This document shows, in pieces, positions 62,971-64,000 of a stretch of DNA of 64,000 nucleotides. The notes below the pieces were generated by a model that was not told the origin of the DNA, made no database searches, and saw nothing but the letters and a program-made list of their open reading frames with translations. The stretch is from the human T2T-CHM13v2.0 reference genome, Homo sapiens: assembly GCF_009914755.1 (NCBI RefSeq), contig NC_060940.1. The stretch is one strand, 5' to 3'. The translations under genes and the position numbers were made by a program. The stretch's first letter is position 1. Each line of letters starts with the position of its first letter.

Positions 62971-64000
62971 AGGATAGTGGCAGATGAGTGATGGACGTCC
63001 TTCACTGCCTCGGCCCCTTGTCCAGGGGCTCTTAATCCCAACTCTGCATGGAGTCAGTTCTCTGCTTTCTCCCAGCTTGCACCTGAAGGAGGAAACCACT
63101 CCAGGGGGACCTGGCCCCGCCTGCCTGTGGTGGGTGGGTTCCTGCATCACCCACCTGCTGACTGAGCATTTCCCTGCCTCCTCCTTCACAGAGAATCTCC
63201 AGGGAGGCAGGGCCACCGTCACCCTCCCCCACCGCTGATGGAGGGGCCCACCCGGAGCGCTGGGCCAGAGCTGCCTGGGTCCCAACCTCCCTGACAACTC
63301 CCTTTGTGCCCTCCTTCCCCTCTGCGATGGCACCTTCCCATTAACGACTATGGAATGGACTCACCTGTCCCATCTTTAAACAGCAACCCCAGGCTCTGTT
63401 TTTCTTTCAGCTACCGCCTGGGATTTCTTGCCCCCTAATTGTTTATTCTTGTTAACACCAACTACATGGGGCCCTGCTGCCTTCCTCACTTCCTCCCTCA
63501 GGTGTCCCCCGCATCACCGAAGGCCCTGTACCCCCGCCCCCCCTGCTGTGCTGTGTACACCGCCGAGGCCTCAGCAGCACTTGGCCTGTGACCCACTCCC
63601 TCCCGTGACAGCCTCCTGTTGCCTCTGTGACACTGTCCTACTGCTCCTCCACCTCCCTGGCCATTGCGTGGGCCCCGTGATCTGTCCCTACCCGTCCCCT
63701 GCCCCACCAGGGGCCACCTCGCCTGGCCCACTGCTCCAAGGTCTGAGCTTCCTCCCCTCTGCCCAGTGCTATCACGTCACATGTCCAAAAGTGAACACTT
63801 TCTCCTCCTTCATCCCCGCCCCTGACACGCGGAATCCTCACCTCCAGCAACCCCGTCCTGTCCCTGTGCTCGGTGGCCCAGGCGTCAGCAAGACGGCTGG
63901 TCCCTGCGTTAAGAGCACTTTCAATAAGGACAGATGGAGCCTCTCGTATAACCTTCACCGGCCCCCTGCAAGAGAAGCGCGATAATGGCGCCCCCATCTA

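Larger units (their letters stand above)
61149..62982 (+). other. CCNF: CCNF 3' UTR (~1.8 kb), including an antisense Alu and a terminal MIR
   Basis: No AATAAA seen after the stop; ATTAAA at 61915-61920 and 62958-62963. The end is inferred ~20 nt after the distal signal. Confidence 0.7.

Noticed and set aside
63428-64000. 185-aa ORF and rising CpG density at the right edge
   Set aside because: The ORF is proline-rich with no domain. The region is probably the approach to the next gene's promoter (TEDC2 by recalled gene order), but no exon is visible inside the window.

Overview
Primate DNA, almost certainly human chr16p13.3, very rich in Alu elements. The left half (1 to ~31.1 kb, + strand) holds the 3' portion of the unprocessed ABC-transporter pseudogene ABCA17P: 11 recognisable exon relics carrying stops, frameshifts and broken splice sites, with several expected exons apparently missing. 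A CpG-island promoter with CCAAT and CHR elements at ~33.6-33.8 kb drives the complete, intact 17-exon CCNF (cyclin F/FBXO1) gene. Its spliced CDS (33897-61148) totals 2361 nt = 786 aa plus stop; it hosts the intronic mirtron MIR6767 and probably ends at a MIR-derived ATTAAA near 62960. I found no convincing new multi-gene system. The best second-look observations are: an L1PA2-like insertion with a 3' transduction, a full-length SVA with a probable 5' transduction, a ~210-bp non-Alu segment shared between a CCNF intron and the exon-depleted part of ABCA17P, near-ABCA3-identical exons suggesting gene conversion, templated inverted and direct copies around AT-rich tracts, and a possible antisense exon relic in CCNF intron 13. 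Gene, repeat-family and homolog-sequence assignments are from recognition and memory, not database searches; repeat boundaries are approximate.
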